Of a DNA stretch of 64,000 nt, positions 40,058 through 49,265 are shown piece after piece. Numbering within the stretch: the first letter of the stretch is position 1; each line of letters opens with the position of its first letter. Source of the stretch: an uncultured Candidatus Saccharibacteria bacterium (GTDB lineage Bacteria > Patescibacteriota > Dojkabacteria > J137); contig OZ246402.1 in NCBI GenBank assembly GCA_965230975.1, forward strand, positions 992,859 to 1,056,858, read 5' to 3'. The translations under genes were made by a program, and so were the position numbers. Below the pieces are notes generated by a model. That model made no database searches, was not told where the DNA came from, and saw only the letters and a list, made by a program, of their open reading frames with translations.

Positions 40058-41758
40058 ATGAGAGAACACCCTCCAACCGTAAGAAGTTCCAAATTGCGTA
40101 AACTTGCGATAGTTGCTCTGGTAGTGACTTTATCAACATTACCTCTAGGATTATCTGTAAAAGCAGCTACCACGGGTTTTGAGTTAAATACTAGTGGTCT
40201 ATCGCATATAGCCTGGATGTTTAATGGTTCATCCTGGGATACTAGAAATGGATGGAATACTACTGCGGGGAACCAAGCAGGTAAAGGTGATCATTTAGGT
40301 AGTGATTACTATGCAGATGATTGGAACTTAGGAAGTGGTAACTATGATTGTGGTCAAGAAGTTAGAGCACCTTTTGCAGGTAATATAATTCATAGATCTA
40401 GCACTGCTGCAGCAGGATATGGATATCAAATCATTATCCAAGCAGATGCAAACAATACGTTTGCATACAGAGCAACACATTTGCAAAAAGATTCCCTTAC
40501 AGGTTCCTCGCATGTAAATGCAGGTGATGTTATTGGAAGAATGGGTGGAAGTCCAAACCATACTTTGATTAATGGAATTGATTACTGGAGTGGGAGTAGC
40601 TCTACAGCATGTCATTTGCATTCTGTTTTGTACCAGAATATAAATCAGAACTATAATGGATCACCTGCGATTAATACACTAAGGAACGGTGGTTCAATAG
40701 GATTGTCAGGAGGAGCAAATACATTTGCTGCAAGATTCCAAAATGATGGAATTATAAGTAGCGGACAATCAGCTTGTGCAACATTTAGCCAAGCAGGAGT
40801 AACTTTCTTTAATAGTGCTCAATGTACTGGTTCTACAAGACAGTTCACTTCTACAGGTTTCTATAACTTAACAGACTATGGTTGGAATGATGCAGCAAAA
40901 TCAATGTCTATTCAATCTGGCTGGTCTGCAAGAATATGGCAAGATACCAACAAAGGAGGAAGCAGTGTTTGTTTTACAGGCACAAAATGGGACATGTCTT
41001 TAGATAAATACGAGAATGGATCAGCTATAGTCTCTAATGGGCAGGCAACTATTTCATCTGTACAGATATATAACAATACAAGTTGTTATACTGCCCCTGT
41101 TCAAGTAAATTGCGGTAACTATCCTGGAAATGGCATTATGCTTTTTGGAGGATCTCAATGTACAGGAACTTCAAAAACATTTACTGCTTCAGGGTTAACT
41201 AATCTTTCGGACATTGGGTTTGATAATTCTTCAAAGTCTATATTTGTAAAATCAGGAATGTCGGCCAGAATTTATGAACACCCAAACAGAGGTGGAGGAA
41301 GTAGGTGTGTAACAGGAAGTATGTGGGATTTACCTATTGATAAATATGAAAATGGAGCTTGGATCGCTCCAAGTGGAGCTTCTACAGTATCCTCAATAGA
41401 TGTTTATCAAAGTAGTAATTGTGCTGCCCCAGCATGTCAAACCTTTAGCTCAACAGGAATAGTACTATTTGGGACATCGATTTGTGGAGGAACCCAGAAA
41501 CAGTTTACTACCGCAGGATTTAGAAACCTAACAGATTCATCGATTAATTTTAACGATGCTACTAGGTCTATTTATGTACAACCTGGTTGGTCTGTAAGAA
41601 TTTACGAACATACCAATGGTACTGGAGCAACAAGATGTATAAGTTGGACAATGTGGGATTTAAACTTAGATAAGTATGATAATGGAGTTCAGATTGCAAG
41701 TAATGGTAGCGCAAGCGTAACTTCTATAAGGGTTTACAACAATGGAAGTTGTCGCTAA
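40058..41758 (+). CDS. Secreted M23-family peptidase with three beta/gamma-crystallin-like repeats
   Basis: Signal peptide; H.....YADD, VRAPFAG, GYG, THL, CHLH; three ~113-aa repeats (ND..KS....GWSARI.....GG). Confidence 0.8.
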   Translation: MREHPPTVRSSKLRKLAIVALVVTLSTLPLGLSVKAATTGFELNTSGLSHIAWMFNGSSWDTRNGWNTTAGNQAGKGDHLGSDYYADDWNLGSGNYDCGQEVRAPFAGNIIHRSSTAAAGYGYQIIIQADANNTFAYRATHLQKDSLTGSSHVNAGDVIGRMGGSPNHTLINGIDYWSGSSSTACHLHSVLYQNINQNYNGSPAINTLRNGGSIGLSGGANTFAARFQNDGIISSGQSACATFSQAGVTFFNSAQCTGSTRQFTSTGFYNLTDYGWNDAAKSMSIQSGWSARIWQDTNKGGSSVCFTGTKWDMSLDKYENGSAIVSNGQATISSVQIYNNTSCYTAPVQVNCGNYPGNGIMLFGGSQCTGTSKTFTASGLTNLSDIGFDNSSKSIFVKSGMSARIYEHPNRGGGSRCVTGSMWDLPIDKYENGAWIAPSGASTVSSIDVYQSSNCAAPACQTFSSTGIVLFGTSICGGTQKQFTTAGFRNLTDSSINFNDATRSIYVQPGWSVRIYEHTNGTGATRCISWTMWDLNLDKYDNGVQIASNGSASVTSIRVYNNGSCR

Positions 41759-41791
41759 TAATAGAACTTAAGTGGTTAAAAGTTTTATGTT

Positions 41792-41820
41792 ATGCGGTCC
41801 CGAAATCGGGACCGCATTTT
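41792..41820 (+). terminator. Intrinsic terminator
   Basis: atgcggtcccga-aa-tcgggaccgcat followed by ttt. Confidence 0.85.
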
Positions 41821-41909
41821 ATTTACTTTATTAAAAGCCTGATTATTTACAAAACTATCTTAACAAATAACAGCTTGGATAATTTTATCAAGAATAGTAT
41901 TATCCATAG

Positions 41910-42188
41910 ATGAATAATTATTCTGAATGGATAAAAATTGACCCTGTACACTATGACTTACCTATTTTGGGGCAGGTTTTACAAAATATTTTTTTAAACC
42001 CTACAAGTAACCCTTATTTAAATATATCTGGATTTTCAATTTCATCTTATACTTATTCAAATTCCGGAAATACCGGTGTTCTTAACTTAGTATGTATCGA
42101 AAATAAAAAGATTCAAATGAGAATTAGAGTCGAGGTAGACAGAGATATGATGTTATTCTTGAAAGTATTTATAACAGACGAAGCTTAA
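41910..42188 (+). CDS. Hypothetical protein
   Basis: 92-aa ORF convergent with uvrB, 4-bp overlap. Confidence 0.5.
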   Translation: MNNYSEWIKIDPVHYDLPILGQVLQNIFLNPTSNPYLNISGFSISSYTYSNSGNTGVLNLVCIENKKIQMRIRVEVDRDMMLFLKVFITDEA

Positions 42189-43423
42189 GCTAAAACCCTA
42201 TTTGCCTCTGCTTTACTTTTTTCAAGCTCGTATTCTCTTGGAGTAGCAGTAACATAAATAGTTTGATTAACTCTTTTTTCAAATTCTTCAAACTTTAAAG
42301 GTCTATTATCAAGTGCAGATTTCATTCTAAAACCATAATCAACTAAGTTTAATTTTCTAGCCCTATCTCCATTATACATACCGCCAATTTGTGGAACTGT
42401 AATGTGAGATTCATCTATAAATACAATGTAATCATCTGGAAAGTAATCTAGTAATGTAGATGGAGCAGATCCCACACTTCTTCTATCTATGTATCTTGAA
42501 TAATTTTCTATACCTTTACAAAAGCCTGTTTCTTGAAGCATTTCTAAATCATAGTTTACTCTTTGTTTTAACCTTGTTGCTTCTATCATTTTTCCTTTGT
42601 CTGTAAATTCTTGAATTTCTAATTCTAAATCATTTCTTATGTATTCCATTGCCTGATTTATTTTATCTTGAGGGCTTACATAGTGTTTTGCAGGAAAGAT
42701 AGAGGCTTCTGTCACACTATCTACAACTTCTCCAGATATTGGATTAAGCATTTTTATCGCTTCAAGTTCATCGCCAAAAAAGATCATTCGGACAGCACGA
42801 TCATCTGAAGTGGTTAAGTTTACATCTATATATTCTCCTCTTACCCTAAAAGTACCGTTAGGAAAATCATTTTGAGTTCTTTCATATTGCATGTCTCTTA
42901 GTCTAATCAAGATTTTTTCTCTGTTATAACTTTCACCCACTTTAATATCTAAACGCAATGCATTGTAGTCATCCGGATCTCCAAGTCCGTATATACAAGA
43001 AACTGTTGATACAATAACAGTATCTCGCCTTGATAGTAGTGATTGTGTTGCAGTGTTTCTATATCTTTCAATTACTTCGTTTATGTCCGAATCTTTTTCT
43101 ATATATAAGTCTCTTTGCGGTACATATGCTTCTGGCTGGTAATAGTCGTAGTAACTTACAAAATATTCAACTGCATTTTCAGGGAAAAATTCTCTGAATT
43201 CACCAAAAAGTTGAGCAGCTAATGTTTTGTTGTGTGACAAAATTAATGCTGGACGGTTCAAGTTTTGAATTATATTTGCCATTGAAAATGTTTTGCCGGT
43301 ACCAGTGGCACCCACCATAGTTTGGTGCTTGAAACCTGCTTCTAAACCTGCACTTAGTAAGTCTATTGCTTGAGGCTGGTCTCCAGATGGTTTGTATTTA
43401 GAATATAGTTTAAATTGTCCCAT
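42185..43423 (-). CDS. uvrB: Excinuclease ABC subunit B, N-terminal portion only (domains 1a/2/1b)
   Basis: PSGDQPQAI, GATGTGKT, FVSYYDYYQPEAY, DESH, DNRPL, TATP; stops at 412 aa without helicase motifs IV-VI. Confidence 0.9.
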   Translation of the reverse strand: MGQFKLYSKYKPSGDQPQAIDLLSAGLEAGFKHQTMVGATGTGKTFSMANIIQNLNRPALILSHNKTLAAQLFGEFREFFPENAVEYFVSYYDYYQPEAYVPQRDLYIEKDSDINEVIERYRNTATQSLLSRRDTVIVSTVSCIYGLGDPDDYNALRLDIKVGESYNREKILIRLRDMQYERTQNDFPNGTFRVRGEYIDVNLTTSDDRAVRMIFFGDELEAIKMLNPISGEVVDSVTEASIFPAKHYVSPQDKINQAMEYIRNDLELEIQEFTDKGKMIEATRLKQRVNYDLEMLQETGFCKGIENYSRYIDRRSVGSAPSTLLDYFPDDYIVFIDESHITVPQIGGMYNGDRARKLNLVDYGFRMKSALDNRPLKFEEFEKRVNQTIYVTATPREYELEKSKAEANRVLA

Positions 43424-43558
43424 TGTTTTATTTTAACATTGTAAGTTTATCATTAGTATACCTATGCGATGTAGTTTGCTAATTCAAAGCCGATAGTGTT
43501 TCCTAAAATTGACAACCTTGAGGGTAAAGTTCTAAAATACGCTGTTTAAAAAATTTAC

Positions 43559-44761
43559 ATGCCACCAAATAAAATACTGCAGCCAAATTTTGCAAGTTCA
43601 GAAAATCAAAGCAATACAATACTAACTCAAACAATTAGCCAAATCCTTGGCTTCAATATTTTAAGACCTACTGAGTTTTCTTATGAGGGAGAGCAAAAAG
43701 GAGAAGGGGGAAAGCACACAAAGACTTTTGTAGTAAACTTAGGTAATTTTGAAAGGCCTGCAGAAAACGATTATTTAAATTTAGAAGTTAGTTTAAATTC
43801 AAGATTAGAAGGCAAACTAACAGGCGCTGCAATTTTTATTGAAACTGCAATTATTAAACAGATCAGAACTATTCAAGTATTAAAGGAATTTTTATTCAAA
43901 TTTGACACTAATGATCTAGTTTTGCATTTTTATGATCCATCTACAAAAAAAATAAGGTTTGGTTTACTATTAAACGAGCTCAAAAATTACGGATTCCCAA
44001 TTACTATACAGGATTTAGTCGATTTAATTCCTTATGGGTTTTCAAGTCAACACGATGCTAACATGTTTTTTAACGGATTGATTGGAAATGAAGTGTATGT
44101 TCCCATTACATTAGAATATACCCCAAACCAAAACCCAAGCCAAGTAAAAATACTAATTGATAAAGCAAATCAATTGCAATCAGTTGGATTAAATCCTGAA
44201 TCAATTATTATCAACCCAGAATTGCAACATGCAAAGGTAAAAGTGATTATTCCAGTTTCTAAAACAAGGTTAATTTCTATGATTGCTGGTTTAAGAGTGA
44301 ACTTTTTTGAAATTCAAAAGAATGGTTCATTAATTCAATTTAATGGCAAAGAATATCAAGATACAATATTCGCTGGTATTATAAGTAGTTTGTATATACT
44401 TCACTCTAAAGGTTTATCTAACGGTAACCTTTATAATAGTTTGGCTGTGCACATTACAAGACCCGGTTCACCAAATCCACTTGATAGTCTTATACAGTTT
44501 GGAGATACTTCTGAATTGACAACTGATGGTGATAATGAAGCACATGTAGATTTTATGAAAAACTTATTTCAAGATCTTGAAGATTTGATAGCCATTATTA
44601 AAGCTATTAAAAATAATAGAAATATTCTTCCCGAAGAAGTAATTAATGCCCAATCTATGCTCAATCATTATCTAGATCTAATTGAAGCTATGTACGGTTC
44701 TCAAATTAAATTTATTAAAGCAAGGATTTCAAATATTTTTCAAGACAACCCTATAGATTAA
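43559..44761 (+). CDS. Hypothetical protein, possible pseudokinase C-terminus
   Basis: LHSKGLSNGNL..IQFGD resembles a degenerate LHxxGxxHxDL..DFG; TTGACA at 43509. Confidence 0.6.
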   Translation: MPPNKILQPNFASSENQSNTILTQTISQILGFNILRPTEFSYEGEQKGEGGKHTKTFVVNLGNFERPAENDYLNLEVSLNSRLEGKLTGAAIFIETAIIKQIRTIQVLKEFLFKFDTNDLVLHFYDPSTKKIRFGLLLNELKNYGFPITIQDLVDLIPYGFSSQHDANMFFNGLIGNEVYVPITLEYTPNQNPSQVKILIDKANQLQSVGLNPESIIINPELQHAKVKVIIPVSKTRLISMIAGLRVNFFEIQKNGSLIQFNGKEYQDTIFAGIISSLYILHSKGLSNGNLYNSLAVHITRPGSPNPLDSLIQFGDTSELTTDGDNEAHVDFMKNLFQDLEDLIAIIKAIKNNRNILPEEVINAQSMLNHYLDLIEAMYGSQIKFIKARISNIFQDNPID

Positions 44762-44806
44762 TTTTGATTTTAAGGTTAAAATCATTACATATATTAGGTT
44801 AAACAT

Positions 44807-45220
44807 ATGGCCTTTAATGCAACAGAAATCCCCACAACAGAACAGGTTAAAGATAAACTATCAGTTCTAACTTTGGAAGCAGTTATTAATAATCTGCAGA
44901 TTCAAGGTAAGTACATAAATGAACCGAAAGAAACTGGTGAGCTATATATCTCTTTAAACAGTAGACGATTTCTCAAAGAAACCTTTGATGAAAATAATGA
45001 TAGTGCAATGATAGATTTTATTATTGCAATTTTAAACTTAAAGAGTACTCCATTTGCACGAAATATTATAAGTCACATATTGGCAGATAATGATATGTTG
45101 AAAAAAATCAATGACTTGGCCTCTAATTTTTGTATTGGGGCTGATCAATTTCTTGGCATTTACCCTGGTGATCTTGTTTTTTATCCAATAATGGAGGAAC
45201 TTGCACCTGTAGAAGCTTAA
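44807..45220 (+). CDS. Hypothetical protein
   Basis: 137-aa ORF. Confidence 0.6.
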   Translation: MAFNATEIPTTEQVKDKLSVLTLEAVINNLQIQGKYINEPKETGELYISLNSRRFLKETFDENNDSAMIDFIIAILNLKSTPFARNIISHILADNDMLKKINDLASNFCIGADQFLGIYPGDLVFYPIMEELAPVEA

Positions 45221-45366
45221 ACCTATAACTTCGTACAGTTAATAACGGCTTCAATTCCCCAAGTTGACACTTTTGGGAAACATATAATATAATACCTGTA
45301 ATATTTTTCGACACATTTTATTAATTATAGGGTAAAATCTATATATTAAATATTATTTTAAATAAT

Positions 45367-45741
45367 ATGGCATTCCCAAATTACATCACAGATTTTCCTA
45401 ACCATCCCGATTTAGACCAGTACGTAAATAACCCTCAAAAATTAATTGACTTTTTGTATGATGGCCTGATTTTTGTAGAGTTGGAAAATGATCCATTAAT
45501 GCAAGAATCACTAGGGTTTACACGACTTTCAGAATTAGGATTTCAAAATGATACTAACGAAAGAAATCCACTAGATCCAATAAATCAAGCACAAAATGAA
45601 TTAGAAATTCTTTTAGGAAAAGATTTTTATAAACACCCAGCATTTATTGCAATTCAAAATAAAACAGGTGTTATTGTGGATTCTGCATTAAATGAAGTTG
45701 TATTTATTAAATTACCCGAAAATCAAACGGGTGAAGTATAA
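45367..45741 (+). CDS. Hypothetical protein
   Basis: 124-aa ORF; TTGACA-18 bp-TATAAT at 45264-45293. Confidence 0.6.
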   Translation: MAFPNYITDFPNHPDLDQYVNNPQKLIDFLYDGLIFVELENDPLMQESLGFTRLSELGFQNDTNERNPLDPINQAQNELEILLGKDFYKHPAFIAIQNKTGVIVDSALNEVVFIKLPENQTGEV

Positions 45742-45761
45742 ATTAAAAAAATTTTAAAATA

Positions 45762-46988
45762 ATGCCAGACTCCAATCCTATAATAAACTTCAATGTTGAA
45801 GGTTCTGATCTTGAAACATTTGATAGTTTGCTAAAACACTATCAAGGAGATTTTATATATGCCATAAAAGAGTCCCAAGCAATAAAAGAAATCCCAGGAG
45901 CAGTTGCTGTAAATGAAGAATTATCGTTAACTTCACCTATAGAAATATATCCTACTAAACCACCTACCAAGGTAGGTAGTTTCACTGTTTATATTAAATA
46001 CAATTTAATTGCCTTAGAGTCTATGCCCGCAGTGTTAATGCAAAGATTTTTTACTTTTTTTGATTCAATAACAACAAACAAAAAGCTTTCTAATCGGATT
46101 AAGCAAGAAGTAGAAGAAGCTAGGTTATTGCGAAATTTTCTTGGAGCCCATTACTCACTTTTCGGAGGAGCTTCGGACAATTATTTACAGGTCAGCAATA
46201 CCTTTAACCTACCTGAATTTAACAATGAATCTAATGCTATTAAGATTAAATTCATACGTACTATGACAAGATTAGGACTTATAGAGAGAATAGGCAGGGA
46301 ATACCGAATTAATGCCCTTAAGGTGCGTGATTTTATAAATCAAGGATTTGTAAACTTACCATTAAAAATTGTAGCAAAAACAATTCCAGATAGCACAAAG
46401 GCCGACCATGATATTACATTATATACCAACATGCAAAATGCAGGTGTTAACACACCTGTGGTTTTTAAGCCAATTCACAAAACATCCGAATATTCGACTG
46501 GATTTACAATGTATCAAGATATAAGTTTTTTAGATAGGATTCCAAATCTTTTTAAACGCCCTAAAGGAGGTGAACCAGAATTATTGAGATTGGTATTTGC
46601 AGAAATTGCTAAGATGCATAAAGAAGGCATTTTGCATAATGATCTAAGAGCTTTAAACATTGGATTTGCTCAAGACGAAACAGGGAAACCAGTAATACTT
46701 ATTGATCCTACTAGAGGAAAAATCATTAAATTCCCCGGTATTCGAGAAACCAATTCAACTTTCATAGCTGCAATTGAAATAGATTTATCTATATTCCTCG
46801 GTATGCCAGGATTGATGGGATTGGTAAAGAATAAGATAGGTGATCTAACCAGGGATGATATTTCTTATATCCGAGAGTGTATTTTCGATACATACATACC
46901 AGAAGTTGCTGATGGTCAAAGTGAAATCACTACTAAATTAACGTTCTCTAGCTCTATTTTTGCGTTTACTGAATATATAGATCAATAA
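45762..46988 (+). CDS. Protein-kinase-like (Kdo/Bud32/RIO-like) domain protein
   Basis: IVAK, GVNTPVV, AKMHKEGILHNDLRALNI, ILIDP. Confidence 0.7.
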   Translation: MPDSNPIINFNVEGSDLETFDSLLKHYQGDFIYAIKESQAIKEIPGAVAVNEELSLTSPIEIYPTKPPTKVGSFTVYIKYNLIALESMPAVLMQRFFTFFDSITTNKKLSNRIKQEVEEARLLRNFLGAHYSLFGGASDNYLQVSNTFNLPEFNNESNAIKIKFIRTMTRLGLIERIGREYRINALKVRDFINQGFVNLPLKIVAKTIPDSTKADHDITLYTNMQNAGVNTPVVFKPIHKTSEYSTGFTMYQDISFLDRIPNLFKRPKGGEPELLRLVFAEIAKMHKEGILHNDLRALNIGFAQDETGKPVILIDPTRGKIIKFPGIRETNSTFIAAIEIDLSIFLGMPGLMGLVKNKIGDLTRDDISYIRECIFDTYIPEVADGQSEITTKLTFSSSIFAFTEYIDQ

Positions 46989-47705
46989 CTAACCGCAATC
47001 ACACAATTCTTTCCAATCCGGATCTTTGCAACACTGGTTATCCCTTGCTTTACATCTATATCTGCCATGAAAGATTAATCTTAAGCTCATTTCATTCCAT
47101 TCATTTTGTGGAAAGACTTTCATTAAATCTTGCTCTATCTTTTTAGGGTCTTTATGTATAGTTAAACCAAGTCTATTAGAAGTTCTGATAACATGCGTAT
47201 CTACAACAAACCCTTCGGGTAAAATGACAGGATCATTTATTTGATTATTAATTTCAATATATTCCGGCAAGGGCTCAATTGGCCAATTACCACGATTAGT
47301 TATTGGCATAGCAAACCATTCGGACACAACAACATTAGCTGTCTTTCTACCAACCCCAGGCAAAGTTGTTAGCATTTCAATATTATTAGGCACAATACCA
47401 TTAAAATCAGTTAAAAGATTTTGTGCCATTTGCACCAAATGTTTAGATTTTGTTTTATGATAATTTAAGCTTTTAATAATCTTTTCAACTTCTAGTGAAT
47501 CTGCTTTAGACAAATCTTTGGCAGTAGGGTACTTTGCAAACAAAATAGGAGTTACTTTATTAACACTAGCATCTAGCGTTTGAGCAGACATTAATACTGC
47601 ACAAACAAGTTGAAAAGCAGTTTCATGGTAAAGTGGCGTTTTAACAGTGGGGTAGTCACGCTTTAATAAAGCGGTAATCTTTTCTATTCTTTCGGATTTT
47701 TTCAT
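46989..47705 (-). CDS. nth: Endonuclease III
   Basis: LMSAQTLD, LPGVGRKTANVV HhH, VVDTHV.R..NRLG, IFHGR. Confidence 0.92.
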   Translation of the reverse strand: MKKSERIEKITALLKRDYPTVKTPLYHETAFQLVCAVLMSAQTLDASVNKVTPILFAKYPTAKDLSKADSLEVEKIIKSLNYHKTKSKHLVQMAQNLLTDFNGIVPNNIEMLTTLPGVGRKTANVVVSEWFAMPITNRGNWPIEPLPEYIEINNQINDPVILPEGFVVDTHVIRTSNRLGLTIHKDPKKIEQDLMKVFPQNEWNEMSLRLIFHGRYRCKARDNQCCKDPDWKELCDCG

Positions 47706-47709
47706 ATTA

Positions 47710-47738
47710 TTGAAAAAGATAGCATTTTTTTGTATAAT
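47710..47738 (+). promoter_or_regulatory. sigma70 promoter driving a putative small RNA
   Basis: TTGAAA-17 bp-TATAAT; no + strand ORF downstream. Confidence 0.65.
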
Positions 47739-47743
47739 ACATT

Positions 47744-47803
47744 GTCGGTTGTCTTACGACTAGCTTACCTCTAGACTATGTAAGTATCCATTAGGAGACT
47801 GAC
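47744..47803 (+). ncRNA. Putative DUF3800-associated cloverleaf small RNA
   Basis: P1 47744-49/47798-803, P2 47751-53/47758-60, P3 47763-68/47780-85, P4 47787-89/47794-96; flanked by promoter and terminator. Confidence 0.6.
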
Positions 47804-48678
47804 TTCAAAAAATCCTGAGTACTCAGGATTTTTTGTTTTCTATTAATCCCTAACCTAACTATTCCTTTTCCTAAAATATTGCCATTCTGATTAATTAAAT
47901 TGCTGTAAATTTTATCAAAGAAAATATATCTTTCTTTAAAATCTGAATAAATTCCAAAATCAACATATTGCCTAAACACATTATATCCGCACAGATCTGC
48001 CATCTGCAAAAAGTTCTCACTAGAAGACTTTTTAAAATTTATATCTATAATATTTTTATAATTAAGTTTGAAATCTATCTTAAAATTTTCGCTTTTAGAA
48101 TATACTCGAAACATATCTCCATTCTTACCCTTTGTCTTTTTAAGATTATTTTCCATTTGATCTATAACAACTTCGAGTGGCTTGTTTAAAAACGTAAGTC
48201 TTTCAAACATAACCTGTGTGGATTTAAGAAAAGGATTACCATCTGATTTTGATCTATTCTTTTCAGTAAAAGCCATTTTATTAAAAACTACCGATAAAAC
48301 TTTAATATCATTATTCGAACTAATTAATTGGTAATATTCATTTATAAAATTTATTAAATCAGCTTTTTGAATATTGTATATATCTAGATAATGTTCTTTA
48401 ACTTTAGTAGGATTCCGAAACCAAACTGATTTAAGTTCTACCTTAGTAGTTTTAAAATATTTAAACTTAAGCAGGTTAACAGATTTATTAATTGTAGGAA
48501 TAGCATTTACATCTATTATTACTGCTGTCAAAACGAAAAAATTTCTTTCTGCAAAACCTCTATATTTACGCCAGTCCTTCAATATATTTTCCCATCGTGG
48601 ATTATATGGATCAGAATAAGATTTACCACCAGTATCATCTATAAATGCTTTGTATTTAGGTTTTGTTTTTGGATTCAT
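47791..48678 (-). CDS. DUF3800 family protein (RNase H-like fold)
   Basis: N-terminal AFIDDTG, FVLTAV, ELKS, VVID, C-terminal S...LQMADLCGY. Confidence 0.85.
   Translation of the reverse strand: MNPKTKPKYKAFIDDTGGKSYSDPYNPRWENILKDWRKYRGFAERNFFVLTAVIIDVNAIPTINKSVNLLKFKYFKTTKVELKSVWFRNPTKVKEHYLDIYNIQKADLINFINEYYQLISSNNDIKVLSVVFNKMAFTEKNRSKSDGNPFLKSTQVMFERLTFLNKPLEVVIDQMENNLKKTKGKNGDMFRVYSKSENFKIDFKLNYKNIIDINFKKSSSENFLQMADLCGYNVFRQYVDFGIYSDFKERYIFFDKIYSNLINQNGNILGKGIVRLGINRKQKILSTQDFLKSVS
47806..47835. terminator. Perfect 30-bp palindrome, terminator-like in both directions
   Basis: caaaaaatcctgagt|actcaggattttttg. Confidence 0.8.
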
Positions 48679-48712
48679 AGTTAATAATCAATATTACCAA
48701 GGATATACCAAT

Positions 48713-49222
48713 TTAGGCTATTATCTGACTTTGGAGCTCTATTAAATTACCTTTCTCAAACTTAGCAGCCATATATAAGTTTCCTGGATTAGTTGAAGTT
48801 ATAAATTCTAAATAATGTTGAATAGGTGGAAATATTATTTTAGATTCTAATACTTCATTAATATCAAACCACTTGCATTCTCCTTCATCCGTACTGATAG
48901 GTTCAACATAATTATCTAGTTTTGCTAAAAATCCATAAATAAGCCATATTTGATCTTTATCAATGTGATGATTTATTGCAGAAACTTTAAGTTTAGTATT
49001 CTCATTACCAACAGATACACCTGTCTCTTCTTTAATTTCCCTTATAACTGCTGTTAATACATCTTCTCCATAGTCTACGTGACCTCCAGGAAAAGTCCAA
49101 TAACCCGGAAAGTTTTTTACGTTATCTGGTCTTTTTTGAAGTAAAACTTTATTTTCAAATCTAACACAACATTCTACAGCGATTCTAATATTAGCAACCT
49201 GGTGTAAAGAAACTGGTTTCAT
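48713..49222 (-). CDS. NUDIX hydrolase (MutT-like)
   Basis: Intact Nudix box PGGHVDYGEDVLTAVIREIKEETG. Confidence 0.9.
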   Translation of the reverse strand: MKPVSLHQVANIRIAVECCVRFENKVLLQKRPDNVKNFPGYWTFPGGHVDYGEDVLTAVIREIKEETGVSVGNENTKLKVSAINHHIDKDQIWLIYGFLAKLDNYVEPISTDEGECKWFDINEVLESKIIFPPIQHYLEFITSTNPGNLYMAAKFEKGNLIELQSQIIA

Positions 49223-49265
49223 AATTTCAAAAAATATTTATTTAAAATGCTTACTATAAATTAAT

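Noticed and set aside
41820-42185. Frameshifted continuation of uvrB
   Set aside because: No domain-3 motifs found by eye on the minus strand; the space is occupied by a convergent ORF and a terminator.
47744-47803. Calling the cloverleaf RNA a real tRNA
   Set aside because: Only 60 nt, no TTC T-loop, 11-nt middle loop and no canonical D arm; reported as a putative ncRNA instead.
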